From assembly GCF_018350175.1 (NCBI RefSeq), contig NC_058368.1:154506001-154570000 (forward strand): 64,000 nt of DNA, in the 5' to 3' direction. The notes beneath the pieces are model-generated. The model saw only the letters and a program-made list of their open reading frames with translations. It was not told where the DNA came from and searched no databases. Source of the DNA: Felis catus (Eukaryota). Positions 1 to 14,300 of the stretch are shown piece after piece. The first letter of the stretch is position 1, and every line of letters starts with the position of its first letter. The translations under genes were made by a program, and so were the position numbers.

Positions 1-69
1 TGCATTCTCAACCCCCAATAACAATGTCCTTTTTCCTTCCCAGCCATTACTCTACCCGGTTCTAAAGCA

Positions 70-510
70 AATGTTACATGATTTAGGTTTCTGAAGGGGC
101 CCACCCATTTCCTCAAAACTTAGGGTCTTGAAACAAAAGGAGGTTACTGTTTTTCACAGTTCCTAGATTAAATCCCAGTGGTATTGCCTGTGCTTACTCA
201 TGACACTTCTTTCAGATGGTGAGTTGGACGGGGGCTGGACTCAGCTAGGCTGGCTGGGCTTTACTCTCCTTGAGGGTCTTTCATCTTTAAGACGATTGGA
301 CCAGGCTTCTTCACTTTGTGATAATAGCAGCAGTCCAAGAGGGCAAGCTCCAAAGTCCAAGCACTTTTCAAGCCTCCATCTCCAACCCCTATACTAATGT
401 CACACTGTTCAAGTGAGTTGCACTGCCAAAGCTAGAGCCAGTACTAGAAGGGACTACAAAAGAGAATGTTATGTTTTATTGGCAGGCATTACTATACCAA
501 AATACCTCAA
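70..510 (-). mobile_element. MaLR MLT1-type solo LTR remnant (old)
   Basis: Diverged MLT1 reverse-strand motifs: 'cctcaaaacttagggtcttgaaacaa', 'ccaagagggcaagctcc..agcacttttcaagcctc', 'ctagagccagt..gaagggactaca'. Ends approximate. Confidence 0.55.
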
Positions 511-578
511 TGGCCTACAACAAGGATAAAATAATGCATAGGAAATACTAGCATATGCCTAATAAATAGTAGGTGCTA

Positions 579-799
579 GGGGCGCCTGGGTGGTGCAGTC
601 GGTTAAGCGTCCGACTTCAGCCAGGTCACGATCTCGCGGTCCGTGAGTTCGAGCCCCGCGTCGGGCTCTGGGCTGATGGCTCAGAGCCTGGAGCCTGTTT
701 CCCATTCTGTGTGTCCCTCTCTCTCTGCCCCTCCCCCATTCATGCTCTGTCTCTCTCTGTCCCAAAAATAAATAAACGTTGAAAAAAAAAATTAAAAAA
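579..799 (+). mobile_element. CAN-SINE, young felid SINEC_Fc type
   Basis: GGGGCGCCTGGGTGG head, tRNA-derived A/B boxes (gttcgagccc), (CT)n tract, AATAAA and A tail. Perfect 15-bp TSD aaatagtaggtgcta at 564-578 and 800-814. Confidence 0.97.
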
Positions 800-2971
800 A
801 AATAGTAGGTGCTAAATAGATGTTAACTACTATTAAAACCTTAGTAATGGTTTCCATAATTGTGTATTTTTTAACTGTCAATCTTACCAAAGAGCTACTT
901 TACTTTTTCTTTATAAACTTGACCTAACAGTTTTCCTATGGATTACTTCTGTTCTTAAGCCAACACCTGTTTTGACACAAGACTTGGTATTTGGATTCAG
1001 CTCCTAAAGTTAATTCCAGTTTTGAAATATATCAATAAAAATTAGATATTTCATTGAAGATTCCTTAGGGCAACAGACAAGACAGTTTACACTATACATC
1101 ACATCACAGAAACTTAATTAAATTTCCCTTAAAATTTCCTCTTCTCCCCCAAATTCTTCTGTCCTATCATCTGCTTTATCTCCTCTCTAATAAGCCTCCA
1201 AATCCTTTCCCTTTGCCTCCACACTTCAGCTCCCATCCTCATCAAGTATCCATTACTCAGGTAGACAAAAGTCAGATGGGTAGCCTTAATTAACATCCTA
1301 TCTTTTTCTTTTCCAGTATGCCTCCAACCATATATCTCTAACCTTTTCAAGGAGAATAGGGAAAAATTTCAGATGTTCAAGTCAAATATTATTTAAAATA
1401 AAGAAAAACAACTTTAAACAAAAAAAAATATTAAGAATTAGACTAATATAATGCATGGCTGATGCTCAGGATATAGAGACAAACAAGGTAGTTTCACCAA
1501 AATTATTAGCTTTCATGTCTGGCCCTAAACAAAGCCCTAAGATAAATGGGCGAACACACACACATTCAAAGTGCTTCAGGAACACAAAGTAGGAAGCATT
1601 TGGAAATGTCAGCAACATGAGCTCTTACTCTAAAAAGACTCAGCATTGTGTATTGGTAGTGACATGCACAGTACTTTCTTGAAACTCTACTTATTAAGAG
1701 TGTTTTCTTCAGTGTCTCTCTTTCTTACTCTCTATGTGAACTTGAACTAATTGTCTCTGTTGTATACTAACTGCAGACCCTTCTTTAATCCCTGACACAG
1801 AATCAAGCTCACAGTTTCTACTCTCAACACCTGCTATTACCCTTTCCTTCAAATAGGCCATTTATCCTGACAGTAAGTAAACCTTTCTGGGAAGTATTCC
1901 TTGTGGAACTGTAGTTTGTCTTTCAGATTATCTGAAAGATCAAATTTTAAGTTCTTCTTTGATACTAAACATAGGTCTTTTCTTTCTATGAAAAAGCTTA
2001 GAATGTACCTTTTTATTTCAGGTGGGAAACACCCTGGAGGGATGACAGTAAGCAACATTTAAATTTATATATAGAAAATGCTTTGAAAACCTCTATCTTT
2101 TCATATCAAGTCTGATATAAAGGATAATATTGCTCAAGAAATGTTATAAAATGGTCTTTATGTGTTTCTAAGTGAGAAAGACATTGGCTACCGGAATAAA
2201 TAAAACCTTGGTCATTCAAATCCTTGTTTTATTTTTTTTTGCTGTTTTTAAGAAAAAAAAAATAAAAGAATAGACAAACTTTACCAGCTGAGTAAGTTTT
2301 TGTTTCGCTTTTTTGTTTGTTTGTTTTGTTTTATGTGAAACACTATGAGTTCTAGGCAAAATAATCACCATCAGTTTGAGGAAGGAGAGATTTTTGTAAA
2401 ATATATGTAATGGAGTTCCAGATATTAGATGGATTTAAAGTGACACAAAAAGCTATTAACAAAACTGTTTTTTTGTTGAAGACATTCAATAACTAGATTG
2501 TCTATAACAGGATTATCTTGTGAGATAAACCCTACATTTGGACTATGGTAAAATAGCATGTTTGATAAACTATAGAGGCAAGAGTGTGAGCAGATTGATG
2601 TAGAAGGTCAAAATAGAATGTTCTTCTATATTCATAACTGCATATTTGTGTGCTTTCTGTATTACTTAAAATCACCCAATTTGTTTATATACTCACTCTT
2701 ATTAGCAATTTACTTCAGATTTTACAAGTCTTTAGACTACTTATTTATAAAGTGAAAATAATTGTTCCTTCCTCTCTCAGTTTCTCACTAAAAGTTAAAT
2801 GACATATACTTCTTATCATATTCTGTGAAGTCAGGGATCTCTATGCAGGAGTTTCACACGTAAAAAAAGAATCAGCAATCAATAAAGGAAAAAAATGAAC
2901 AAATATTCTAATTTCCATGAAAAGTTAATATGAAGTTAATGGATTGAACTGTTAAATGTCAGAAATGGTTG

Positions 2972-3772
2972 TTACTTTACATCATACGCAAAAATAAACT
3001 AAAAGTGGATTAAAGACTTGAATATAAGACCTGAAGTCATACAACTCCTAAAAGGAAACAGGTGGTAAACTCCTCGATATTGGTCTTGGTGGTGATTTTT
3101 TTTTATTTGACACCAAAAACAAAAGTAGTAAGAGCAAAAATTAAAAATTGGGGCTACCTCAAACTAAAAAGCTTCTGCACAGCAAAGGAAACCATCAAGG
3201 AAATGAAAAGAAAACCGACCAAATGGGAAAAATACTTGCAAATTCTGTATGCAATCAGAGGTTAATACCCAAAATATATGAAGAACTCCTACAACTCAAT
3301 AGCAAAAACAATCTGATTAAAAGATGAGCAGATGGTCTGACTACATATTTTTTCAAAGAAGGTATAAAGATGGCCAATAGACCCATGAAAATGTACTCCC
3401 TAATCATCAGTAAAATGAAATCAATTCTATGAAATATGATCTCACACCTGTTAGAATGGATATTATAAAAAAGACAAGAAGAAACAAGTATTGGAAAGGT
3501 TGTGGAGAAAAGGAAACCCTTGTACTGTTGGTCGGAAAGTGGTACAGACATTGTGGAAAACAGCACAGGGATTCTTCAAAAAAATTAGAAATAGAACTAC
3601 TGTAGAATCCAGCAGTTTCACTTTTGGGTATTTAACCAAAGGAAACAAAAACACTAAGTCAAAAAGATATATGTACCCCTAAGCTCATTGCAGCATTCCT
3701 TATATTAGCCAAGACATGAAAACAGCCTAAGTGTCCACTGATAGATGAATGGATACAAAAAAAAGTAGCACA

Positions 3773-3815
<43 letters not shown>

Positions 3816-4331
3816 ACACACACACAGGAATATTATTCAGCCACAAAAAATCAATGTGATTGTGCCATTTGTGACATCATGGGTAGACAATGGGGAGGGC
3901 ACTATGCTAAGTGAAATAAGTCATATAGAGGAAAACAAAACTGTACCATTTCACTTATATGTGAAACCTAAGAATAATCACAACACCACAACACAGCAAC
4001 TCATAGATATAGAGAACAGTTGAGTGGTCGTCAGGGGCAGGTGGTGGGGGTGGACGATGAACAAAATAGGTGAAGCTGTTCCACAGATATAAACTGCAGG
4101 TCATAAAATAAATATAACATACAGCCTGGTAACTATAACTAATAATAATGTATTATATATTTGAAAGTTGCTAAGACTACACCATAAAAGTTCTCATCAC
4201 AAGAAAAAGTTGCAACTGTATGGTAATGGTATTATTTTGACTTATTATGTTGATCATTTGATACATGTATCATATCGCTACATTATACACTTAAAACTGA
4301 TATGTTATATGTCAATTATATATGAAAAAAA
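2972..4331 (+). mobile_element. 5'-truncated LINE-1 (ORF2 C-terminus plus 3' UTR), decayed
   Basis: Translates to L1 ORF2-like '[23 protein letters not shown]'; typical 3' UTR ending gtcaattatat..aaaaaaa. Confidence 0.9.
3776..3826. repeat. (CA)n microsatellite inside L1
   Basis: About 25 CA units with one interruption. Confidence 0.95.
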
Positions 4332-4374
4332 GAATTGAACTTGGTTGAAAGATGTATACTACTAGATGTAAACC

Positions 4375-5190
4375 CAATTATAAGGCTATAGTATTCAAAA
4401 CAAAGTGATATATATGTACAACAGAAGACAGAAGTGAAATAGAACAAAGTATCTAGATTTAGATCCACACATATACAGTAATCTAAGTTAAAGCCAAATT
4501 ACTATTGCCATGAAAGAGTCTGCAAGATAAATGAGGCTTAATCAAGATTTCCGTTTAGGAAAAAAAAACATAAAAATTAAATTCTACCCCACATGATACA
4601 TAAAAAATCAAGTGAGATGGATCATAGACTTAAATGTGAAAGGTCAAACCATAAAATTTTGGGGAGATAACATACAAAAACATCTTCATGACCTTGGAGT
4701 ATGCGAAGGTTTTCTTATATAGGACACTAACAGTGAAAAGCACTAACCCTAAAGGAAAAGCTTAGTAAGTTGAACTGCATTAAAATTAAAATCTCATTGC
4801 CATTAAAAAAAAAAATAGAAAATGCAAATGTAAGGAATAGAGTGGAGAAACTTGTTTGCAATACATAAACATGAGGTAGGACTAGCATCCCAGGAGTAAA
4901 GAACACCTCCAATAAGAAAAGACAAATAACCATAAAGGTAAACAAAAACACTTCACAAAAGAGGACATGCAAGTTGCCAAGATGCATACAAAAATTACTT
5001 CTCAAAGAGGTGCAAATTAACACCTGTGACCTATCACTACATATCCATAAAAATGACTAACAGGCTAAAATGACAATAGCAAGAATGTAGAGAATGCCCA
5101 TAAAATGCTGGGAGAAGCTTAAATTGGCCAAAAGATTTTAAGAAAACTTATTTATAGTACCCACTAAACCATTAACTATGATCCATTATT
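4375..5190 (+). mobile_element. Older L1M ORF2 3' fragment
   Basis: L1 motifs 'agatggatcatagacttaaatgtgaaagg', 'catcttcatgaccttggagt', 'cacttcacaaaagaggac'; highly diverged. Confidence 0.75.
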
Positions 5191-5631
5191 CAAAATATGT
5201 GTAATATATGATGTATACCAAACAGTTGCAAAAACAGTGCCATTAAATTGAACACTTTAACGATATTGATTAGGTTTTAGAATTTAGTGAACACCAAATT
5301 GCAAAAACGGTAAAAAAAAAAAAAAAAAAGAGAGAGAGAGGAAAATATAACAATTAAAAATAATCTACAATATCTGTTAACATCTTAAAATATTTCCTTT
5401 AAAAAATTTTTTTTTCTAATTGGGGAAATATTTCATTATAATGTGGATTTTAATCGTTGGGATCATACTGTCACTTTATACACAGTAACGAATCTGGCTT
5501 TCATCATGTTTATACTTTCTAAGAGTATTTTATATGATTGTTATTTTCTTATTTTGGATATTTATAAAACTTAACCCATTTCAAAATATGAATATAAAAT
5601 GAGTGGAATCGCTACAGTAAAGAGTAGAAAC

Positions 5632-5759
5632 TTTTTTTTTTTTAGTAGTCTCTACCCCAGGGTGGAGCCCGATGTAGGGCTTGAACTCAGTACCCTGAAA
5701 TCAAGACCTGAGCTAAGCTCGAGTCCAACACTCAACTGACTGAGCCACCCAGGCACCTC
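5632..5759 (-). mobile_element. Short old CAN-SINE lacking the CT tract
   Basis: Reverse SINE head (ctgagccacccaggcacc) and poly-T; degenerate TSD agagtagaaac / agagtgaaaac. Sits in an old antisense L1ME-like fragment (about 5450-6130). Confidence 0.85.
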
Positions 5760-6142
5760 AAGAGTGAAAACATTTTAAGGCTCTGAGACATTTTACAAAA
5801 TTACACTTCATCGGTTTGACAATGATTTTTATGCTACCCAGCAATGTATGATAGCATGTTCTCAGAACTCTAACTATAAAAAATACCAAATTGCCAGTTA
5901 TATATTTTTATTTACATTATTTTTTATGAGAAATGAGGCTGTACTTTTGCCACCCTTTATAGCTTATTTTCACCTTTTGAGAATGTTCAATGTTCAATTT
6001 ACTCATTGGTGGTTACTACTGTTTTCTAAGTGACTGGTGAGAGTCCTTTACTAATTATGGATATTCATTTTTCCCATGATATTTCATGTAAGTTTTGTTT
6101 CTCAATTTGCTCATCTTTTTACCCTTTTGAATGTAACATCAT

Positions 6143-6730
6143 TGTCGTGGCTTCTTACTGAGTCACCTTAGTTGGGCTGGAAATGGCATTTAAAGCTCCC
6201 TGTACTGTATGGCTCTAGATTCGTACCAGCTACAAAAGAAATTTGCCTGAATTTGGAAGGGGGAGGTGAAGCAGCAGCCACATCTTTTATGCAAAGAAGA
6301 TTAGTGTAGAATACCATGCCTTGAGGCAGGTCACACCCTTACTCACCTATCTGAAGTCTCACTTTGATGACCGGGGGGCCTTCCTGCTTCTTACTTTCCC
6401 AGGACTGCTGAGGGTACAGGTCTATGGTAAAGGGCAGCAGCTGCTCTTCCATACTTCCCCTGCAGTAATTGGAGACAACAAAAGAATGATGTTGGTGCCA
6501 GTTCATCCTAGTGAGTCCTTATCCTGGGTATTGTATATACCCAGCTGTCCTTTCTGCTGCTGGTCTGACTGACACCTCATGGCCATTTGCAAACAGCTTC
6601 GCTCTCAATATCAGATGCAGAGAAAGAGCATTGCAAGGAGGCCTCTTTCCATTTCCATAATTGAGTAACTTCTAGTCCTTATATAAAATCCCTTACTCTG
6701 TATCACTTATGTTGGTCGGCTTCTTTAATA
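6143..6730 (+). mobile_element. ERVL LTR, LTR41-like
   Basis: 'atttggaagggggaggtgaagcagcagcca' and 3' 'ccataattgagtaacttctagtccttatataaaatcccttactc' resemble the LTR41 family; followed by ERVL internal-like sequence. Confidence 0.6.
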
Positions 6731-6745
6731 AAGAAGAGTCCTAAA

Positions 6746-7040
6746 GAGTAGCGACCAGCCACATGTGGCTGTTGAGCAACTTGAAACGTAATTAGTTGGA
6801 ATTGAGACGTTCTCTATCTATAAAATACACACAAGATTTCAAAGGTAGTAAGAAAAAAATTATAAAAATATTTTAGTAATAATTCTTACCTTGACTACAT
6901 GTTGAAATAACATTTAGATATTTTGATTTAAAAATAAAATTAATTTTAAAAAATATTTTTAATGCACCTAGTAAATATTTTAACAGTGCAGAAGTAGCTT
7001 GCATTTGTGGTTCCCCTTATATTTCTATTGGACAGTAATA
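6746..7040 (-). mobile_element. MER33 hAT-Charlie non-autonomous DNA transposon
   Basis: 'agccacatgtggctgttgagcaacttgaaa', 'acatgttgaaataacatttagatattttg' and terminal 'atatttctattggacag' match reverse MER33. Confidence 0.85.
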
Positions 7041-7049
7041 TTCCAGAGG

Positions 7050-8340
7050 AACAGAACCTTAGGAATAAGTTTTCAGAATTGACACTAAAATATCTGGAAT
7101 GGGCCTCATACCTAATAAGACTAAAGACATCGATGTTTCTATTTTTTTTTTTTTTTTGGTGAAGGGAATACACATAGTCCAAGGAAAGCACAGGTAAATC
7201 AGGTATTTAATTATTACCTGTAAACATCTGTAGTAAAGGATGTACAGAAGACAAAGCATGGTGAAACTAAGTTGTTAATGATATAGAAGATTATAGTGAA
7301 AATAAGGAACATGCTTTATTAAGATGAGTGCTTTCTTCAAAGTGCATTAAAGAATCTAGGAAAAGAAAGGTTCATGCAGGGCTAGAAATTACCAGCCTAA
7401 GATCTGGATAAGGGACCAAATGCTTCCATGGCTGCCCCAAAGAAACATCTCCTCTGTAGTGACAGGGCCAAAGCTTCTATAAAACTAACCAAAAGTCTAT
7501 TTCTGAAGATGGCTGTATTACAATGAAAATTAAATTAAAAAGTTTGGGTTATGTAATATTAAAGTTAGACCAGTTATTGAGAAGAAATTAAACCCTGAAA
7601 ATGGAATTGGCACAGCTATGCTTACTTCAGTGTAACTGGAGACATCAAACGCCTAAATTCTGCTGAGCTTCATTTGCCGGTAGAAGAAACCTTTCCTCTC
7701 CTGACTGAAGTGATTCTCTCCTTGGATGAAGAATCTTATAAAGATTTGTATTGAATGTATTGTCTTAGGTAGTTGGCCATGTCTAGAGAAGTTTGGTTTA
7801 TTGCCTGAAACCTAGAACCAAATATGGCCTATACCAAATGAACTTGAAATACCAGGACACCTTCGGTACAATATAAGAGAACATATAGGGATACTGGAAA
7901 TGCTACATTAGGAACACCTACCTTATCACCAATCACCATGACACAGCACACCATGTCCACCCAGAGGGCCCGGGAGACACTCTTTACACCAAGATGATGA
8001 GAAAAGCACTGCAGGGGGAGCAAGGGCATCTTGAAGAGCTCAGTACTGGCTACACACTATAGACCTGGACTTACTGTAGGAATTGCTATCATCAAACTGA
8101 CCTCCCCAAATACAATGAAGATGATTACATGGCAGGTATGAAGGACAGTATTTAGTCACCAAAGACAAGGCAAGTAGAGTCACTATACTAAAAAGTGGAT
8201 CCATGGCATAATAAGGGGAGACCTTTGGTGTTGTCTAGTTGATCACAGTAGAAACTGAATGTGTTGCCATTGCTAATCTCAAGTCATTGAGTGATTTTTG
8301 CTTCACAGACAGCAGCTCACCGTTATGAATTAGACACTCA
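7050..8340 (+). mobile_element. ERVL (class III ERV) internal gag-like relic
   Basis: 'ctcctctgtagtgacagggcc..tctgaagatggctgtattacaatg..taaagttagaccagttattgagaag..accctgaaaatggaattgg' resembles ERVL gag; no open frame remains. Confidence 0.55.
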
Positions 8341-10344
8341 TCTAATGCATTCTGTAAACTCCAGGACATAAACATCAAGTTCTGTAAGGGTACCAATTAA
8401 AGCCCCCTTTCCTACATTTAAAGTAAAAGAAAATTACCCTGTAGGAAGGAGGTAGGAAAATGAACATGTGTATAGTGAGGAGTAAGGGGAGAAATAGATA
8501 GAAATAAAAATACCCACAGCTTTCTAAATAATCTCCTTCTAATAGTCCCCTTCTTACCCATGTTATATCCTCAATTTGGAAGACTAAATACCTAGTGAAT
8601 GTTCATTAAGATCCTTCTTCAGGAAGGGAGGGGCCAAGATGGTGGGGCAGCATGGAAGTTTTGTTGTTGTTGTTGTTGGTTGTTTTGCCCTCTCATCCTT
8701 GAAATGCAGCTAGATCAACACAAAACCATCGTGAATACCTAGAAAACTTATTTGAGGATTAAGACAGCAACCTGCACATCTAGAACCACAGAACTCAGCA
8801 GGTCACAGAGAGGAGAACCGGGGGAGAAAGAAGCTGTGGAGAGTAGGGAGATGATTTTTCTTGTGGAGAGAGGATGAGTACAGGAAAAGCACTCCTCCTC
8901 CCCTCTCCCCACCATGAAAGCAGCTGGAGAGAAAGAGACAGAGTGGAAACAGCTGCAAGGACTGAAAAAAAAAGGGAGAAAGGAGAAAGGCCAGGGTTTA
9001 AATTCCATTAAGACTCTATAAACAGGGGAGCACAGAGGCTGAAACTCCATAGCTCAATACCTGGAGAGCTCTGGTGGGAAGGGGGAATCCCCAGGAGCAG
9101 AGCGGAATGTCCGAGAGGTCCTCAGGCCACATGGAAAGAGGTGGTTCCCCTGCTGGGAGGACATTTGGTAGAGGCTGTGCGGCCTCTACCACAAAGGTCC
9201 CAGTGGACCCCAGAAAACAGCCACATTTGCTGGTGGAAGTACAAGGATTTTTAGGATGAAGGCTGGTGCCAGATGTGTGTTTTGATTTACCACAATCCAT
9301 GAAACGCTGCTGCTAAATGATCATGTGAACTTTTTCTGGGACAGACTGGCACCCGGCTGCAGTCTCTGGGCATCTGCATCAGCACGATCTTATGAATGTT
9401 CTTGGGGGAAGGCCAGCACCAGACATTGGTTGGCAAGACCCTCTCCTAGGGGGTCTGAGTGGGTCAAAGCTATAGGGCCCTCAGAAATGATGGGTTTGGA
9501 AACACAGCCCCATCTAAGATAACACTTGGGAGGGAGGTGCCACCTGGCAGACTGATAGCTTGGTCAGGGACAGGGTAGAAGCGGGGAGTGGACAGAAGCC
9601 AGAGGTAAAGGAGGGGTGCTTGCTTTCTGGTCCCAGAGAGCACAGAGTTCTGATACTAGAGACTGGGTAGCTGGGTGACACCATTTTTACCCCTCCCGCA
9701 CATGTGCATACAACCTACACTCGTGCCACAACCATCCATCCCAGCTCCATCTAGTGGAGAATGGAGTTGTTACACCAAGCCTCCCCCGCCCCCCGCCAAC
9801 TGGGCTAACTGCTCTAAAGCAACACTGCAAGTCTCTTTGCCTGATTAGTTTGTGGACTATAAAGTGCTTCATAGTTTGACTTCTAGGGGAAACCGTATGT
9901 AATTCCAATCATATTTCATTCTGTTTGCTCGTCCATCTATTCTTTTCTTTTTCTTTTTTTTTCTTATTCTTGAATACAGGAAGAGAAAAAAATATTTTTA
10001 TTTTTTTATAAAAAAAGACTTAATTTTTTTCTACCATATTTTTACTTTCTTGTAAATTTTTTAAATTCTACTTTACTTTGATCATTTCATTTTATTGTAT
10101 TTTATCGTATTCATTTTTTTTTTTAAGTTTTCAAATGTTTTCCGTTTTTTTCTTTTTCTTTTTGTTTTTTCTTCCCCCCTTTTCTCTATTCTATCAAGCT
10201 TCTTTCAACAACCAGACCAAACACACCGGGAACAGCATCCTTTATTTGAATTTTTTATGTTGTTTTTAATTTTTTAATTTTTATTTTATTTTATTTTATT
10301 TTATTTTATTTTATTTTATTTTATTAATTATTTTTCTTCCTTCA

Positions 10345-11232
10345 AATTTTGAAAAGAAGGAATACACCCCAAAAGAAAGAAAAAGGAAGAAATGACAGCC
10401 AGGGACTGTATATGTATCAACATAGATACAAGGCAAGATGTCTGAACCAGAATTGAGAATTGTGATAATAAGACTACTTAACTGGCGTTGAAACAAGCAT
10501 AGAATCCCTTTCTGTGGATATGAAAGAGATAAAATCTAGTTGGGATAAAATTAAAAATGCTATAACCGAAATGCAATCTCTAATGAACGCCACAGCAGCA
10601 AGGACGGATGAAGCATAACAGCAAATCAGTGATATAAAGGGCAAACTTATGGAGAATAATGAAGCAGAAAAAAAGAGGGAAACTAAGGCAAAAGAGAATG
10701 ATGTAAGAATTAGAGAACTCAGTGACTCATTAAAAAGGAGTTAACATCTGAATCATACGGGTCCCAGAAGATGAAAAGAGAGAAAAAAGGGGTAGAAGGT
10801 TAATATGAGCAAATCATAGTGGAAGTCTTTCCTAACCTGGGGAAAGACAGAGACATCAATATCCAGGAAGCACAGAGAACTCCCATTAGATTCAACAAAA
10901 AACAACAATCATCAAGGCATATCATAGTCAAATTCACAAAATACTCAGGCAAGAAAAGAATTATGAAAGCAGCAAGGGAAAAATAAGTCCTTAACCTATA
11001 AAGGAAGACAGATCAGGTTTGCAGCAGATCTATCCACAGAAACTTGGCAGGCCAGAACGGAGTGGCAGGATGCTCAATGTGCTGAATCGGAAAAATATGC
11101 AGCCAAGACTATCCAGCAAGACTGTCATTCAAAACAGAAGGAGAGATAAAAGGTTTCCCAGACAAACAAAAACTAAAGCAGTTTGTGACCACTAAACCAG
11201 CCCTGAGAGAAATTTTAGCAGGGGCTCTCTGA
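10345..11232 (+). pseudogene. L1 ORF1 (RNA-binding protein), disrupted
   Basis: ORF1-like segments (KRRNTPQKK; 'atccaggaagcacagagaactccc'; 'tttgtgaccactaaaccagccctg'); start ATG lost, with stops and frameshifts. Confidence 0.85.
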
Positions 11233-11332
11233 GGGGATAAAAGATGGAAAAAAAAAAAAAAAGACCAAAAGCAACAAAGACTACAAAGGACCAGAGAATG
11301 CCAACAGAAACTTTAACTCTGCAGGCAACATA

Positions 11333-14300
11333 ATGGCAACAAATTAATAACTTTCAGTACTCACTCTAAACGTCAATGGATAAAACACTTCACTCAAAAG
11401 ACATAGGTTAACAGAATGGATAAGAAAACAAGATCTATCTATATGCTGTTTACAAGAGACCCTTTTTAGACCTAAAGACACCTTCAGATTGAAAGTAAGG
11501 GGATGGAGAACCATCTATTATGCTAATGGTCGCCAAAAGAAAGCCGGAGTAGTCACACTTATATCAGACAATCTAAGTTTTAAAATAAAGACTGTAACAA
11601 GAGATGAAGAAGGACATTATATCAGGATTAAGAGGTCTATCCACCAAGAAGATCTAACAATTGTAAACATTTATGCTCCAAATGTGGAAGACCAAAATAC
11701 AGAAATCAATTAATGACAAACATACAGAAACTGATTGATAGTAATATCGTAATAGTAGGGGATTCCAACACCCCACTTACAGCTATGGACAGATCATCTA
11801 AACAGAAAATCAACAAGGAAACAAAGGCTTTGAATAACACACTGGAAAGAATGGACTTAACAGATATATTCACAACATTTCATCTAAAGCAGCAGAATAC
11901 ACACTTTTCTTGAGTGCACATGGGACATTCTCCAGAAGAGATCACATAATAGGGCACAAATCAGCCCTTATGTACAAAAAGATCAAGTTCATACTGTGCA
12001 TACTTTCAGACCACAATGCTATGAAACTCAAAATCAACCACAAGAAAAAATTTGGAAAGATAACAAGTACCTGGAGACTAAAGAACATCCTATTATGGAA
12101 TGAATGGCTTAACCAAGAAGTTAAAGAAGAAATTAAAAACTACATGGAAGCCAATGAAAATGATAATACCACAGCCCAAAACCTCTGGGACACAGCAAAG
12201 GCGCTCATAAGAGAGAAGTATACAGCAATCCAGGCGTTTCTAAAGAAGGAAGAAATGTCTCAGATACACAACCTAAACTTACACCTTAATGAGCTGGAAA
12301 AAGAACAGCAAATAAAACCAAGACCAGCAGGAGACAGGAAATAATAAGAATTAGAGCAGAAATCAATGCTATCAAAACCAAAAAACAAACAAAAAACAGT
12401 AGAACAGATTAATGAAACCAGGAGCTGGTTCTTTGAAAGAGTTAAAAAAATTGATAAACTCCTAGACAGTTTGATCAAAAACAAAAAGGAAAAGACCCAA
12501 ATAAGTAAAATCAAGAATGAAAGAAGACAGGACACAACCAATGCAGCAGAAATAAAAACAATAATAAAAGAATATTATGAGCAATTATAACCAATAAATT
12601 AGTCAATCTGCAAGAAATGGACAAATTCCTAGAAACAAACTACCAAAACTGAAACAAGAAGAAATAGAAAATTTGAACAGACCCATAACCAGGAAAGAAA
12701 TAAAGTTAGTAATAAAAAATCTCCCAAAAACAGGAGTCCAAGGCCAGTTCGCTTTCCAGGGGAATTCTACCAAACATTTAAAGAAGAGTTAACTCCTATT
12801 CTTTTTTTTTTTTCAACGTTTATTTATTTTTGAGACAGAGAGAGACAGAGCATGAACGGGGGAGGGGCAGAGAGAGAGGGAGACACAGAATCAGAAACAG
12901 ACTCCAGGCCATCAGCCCAGAGCCTGACGCGGAGCTGGAACTCACGGACCGTGAGATCGTGACCTGGCTGAAGTCAGACGCCTAACCGACTGCGCCACCC
13001 AGGCGCCCCAACTCCTATTCTTTTGAAGCTCTTTCAAAAAATAGAAATGGAAGGAAAACTTCCAAAGTCATTCTATGAAGCCAGCATTACTTTGATTCCA
13101 AAAGCAGACAAAGACCTTACTAAAAAGCAGAAATACAGATCAACTTCCCTGATGAAAATGGATCCAAAATCCACAAGATGCTAGCCAACCAGATCCAACA
13201 ATAAACTAAAAGAATTATTCACCATGACAAAGTGGGATTTATACCTTGAATGCAGGGCTGGTTCAATATCTGCAAAACAATCAATGTGATACATCAATAA
13301 AAGAAAGGAGAAGAATTACATGATCCTCCTGATAGATGCAGGGAAAGCATTTGACAAAATGTAGCATCCTTTCTTGATCAAAACCCTCAAGAAAGTAGGG
13401 ATATAAGGATCTTACCTTAAGATCATAAAAGCCACATATGAATGACCCACCACTAATATCATCCTCAATGGGGAAAAAGTGAGAGATTTCCCCCTAAGGT
13501 CAGGAACAAGGCAGGGATGTCCACTCTAGCCACTGTTATTCAACATAGTATTGGAAGTCCTAGCCTCAGCTATCAGACAACACAAGGGAATAGATGGCAT
13601 CCAAATTGGCAAGGAGGAAGTCAAACGTGCACTCTTCACAGATGACATGATACTCTATATGGAAAACACAAAAGATTCCGCCAAAAAACTCCTAGAACTG
13701 ATCCATGAATTTAGCAAAGTGGCAAGATATAAAATCAATGCACAGAAATTGGTTGCATTCCTAGACACCAATAATGAAGCAACAGAAGGAAAATTAAGGA
13801 ATTGATCCTATTTATAATTGCACAAAAACCATTAAAATACCTAGGAGTAAATCTAACCAAAGAGATGAAAAATCTATACACTGAAAACTACAGAAAGCTT
13901 ATGAAAGAAATGGAAGAAGACACACACACACAAAATAAAATGGGAAAAGATTCCATGCTCCTGGACAGGAAGAACAAATATTGTTGAAGTGTTAATAGTA
14001 CCCAAAGCAATCTATCCATTCAATGCAATCCCTATCAAAATAAACCAGCATTCTTCACAGAGCTAGAACAAACAATCCTAAAATTTTTATGGAACCAGAA
14101 AAGACCTGAAATAGCCAAATCAATACTGAAAAATAAAACCAAAGATGGAGGCATTACAATCCTGGATTTCAAGATGTATTACACAAAGCTGTAATCACCA
14201 AGACAGTATGGTACTGGCACAAAAACAGACACTTAGATTAATGGAACAGAATAGAGAACCCAGAAATGGACTCACAAATGGATGGCCAACTAATCTTTGA

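Noticed and set aside
559..782. Recurrent 'MGQRETEHE..' ORFs (also 16437, 46825, 59389) as a gene family
   Set aside because: Antisense readings of CAN-SINE copies.
5227..5311. Direct repeat ttgcaaaaac(a/g)gt flanking about 59 bp
   Set aside because: No tail or recognisable insert; plausible by chance or local duplication in A-rich DNA.
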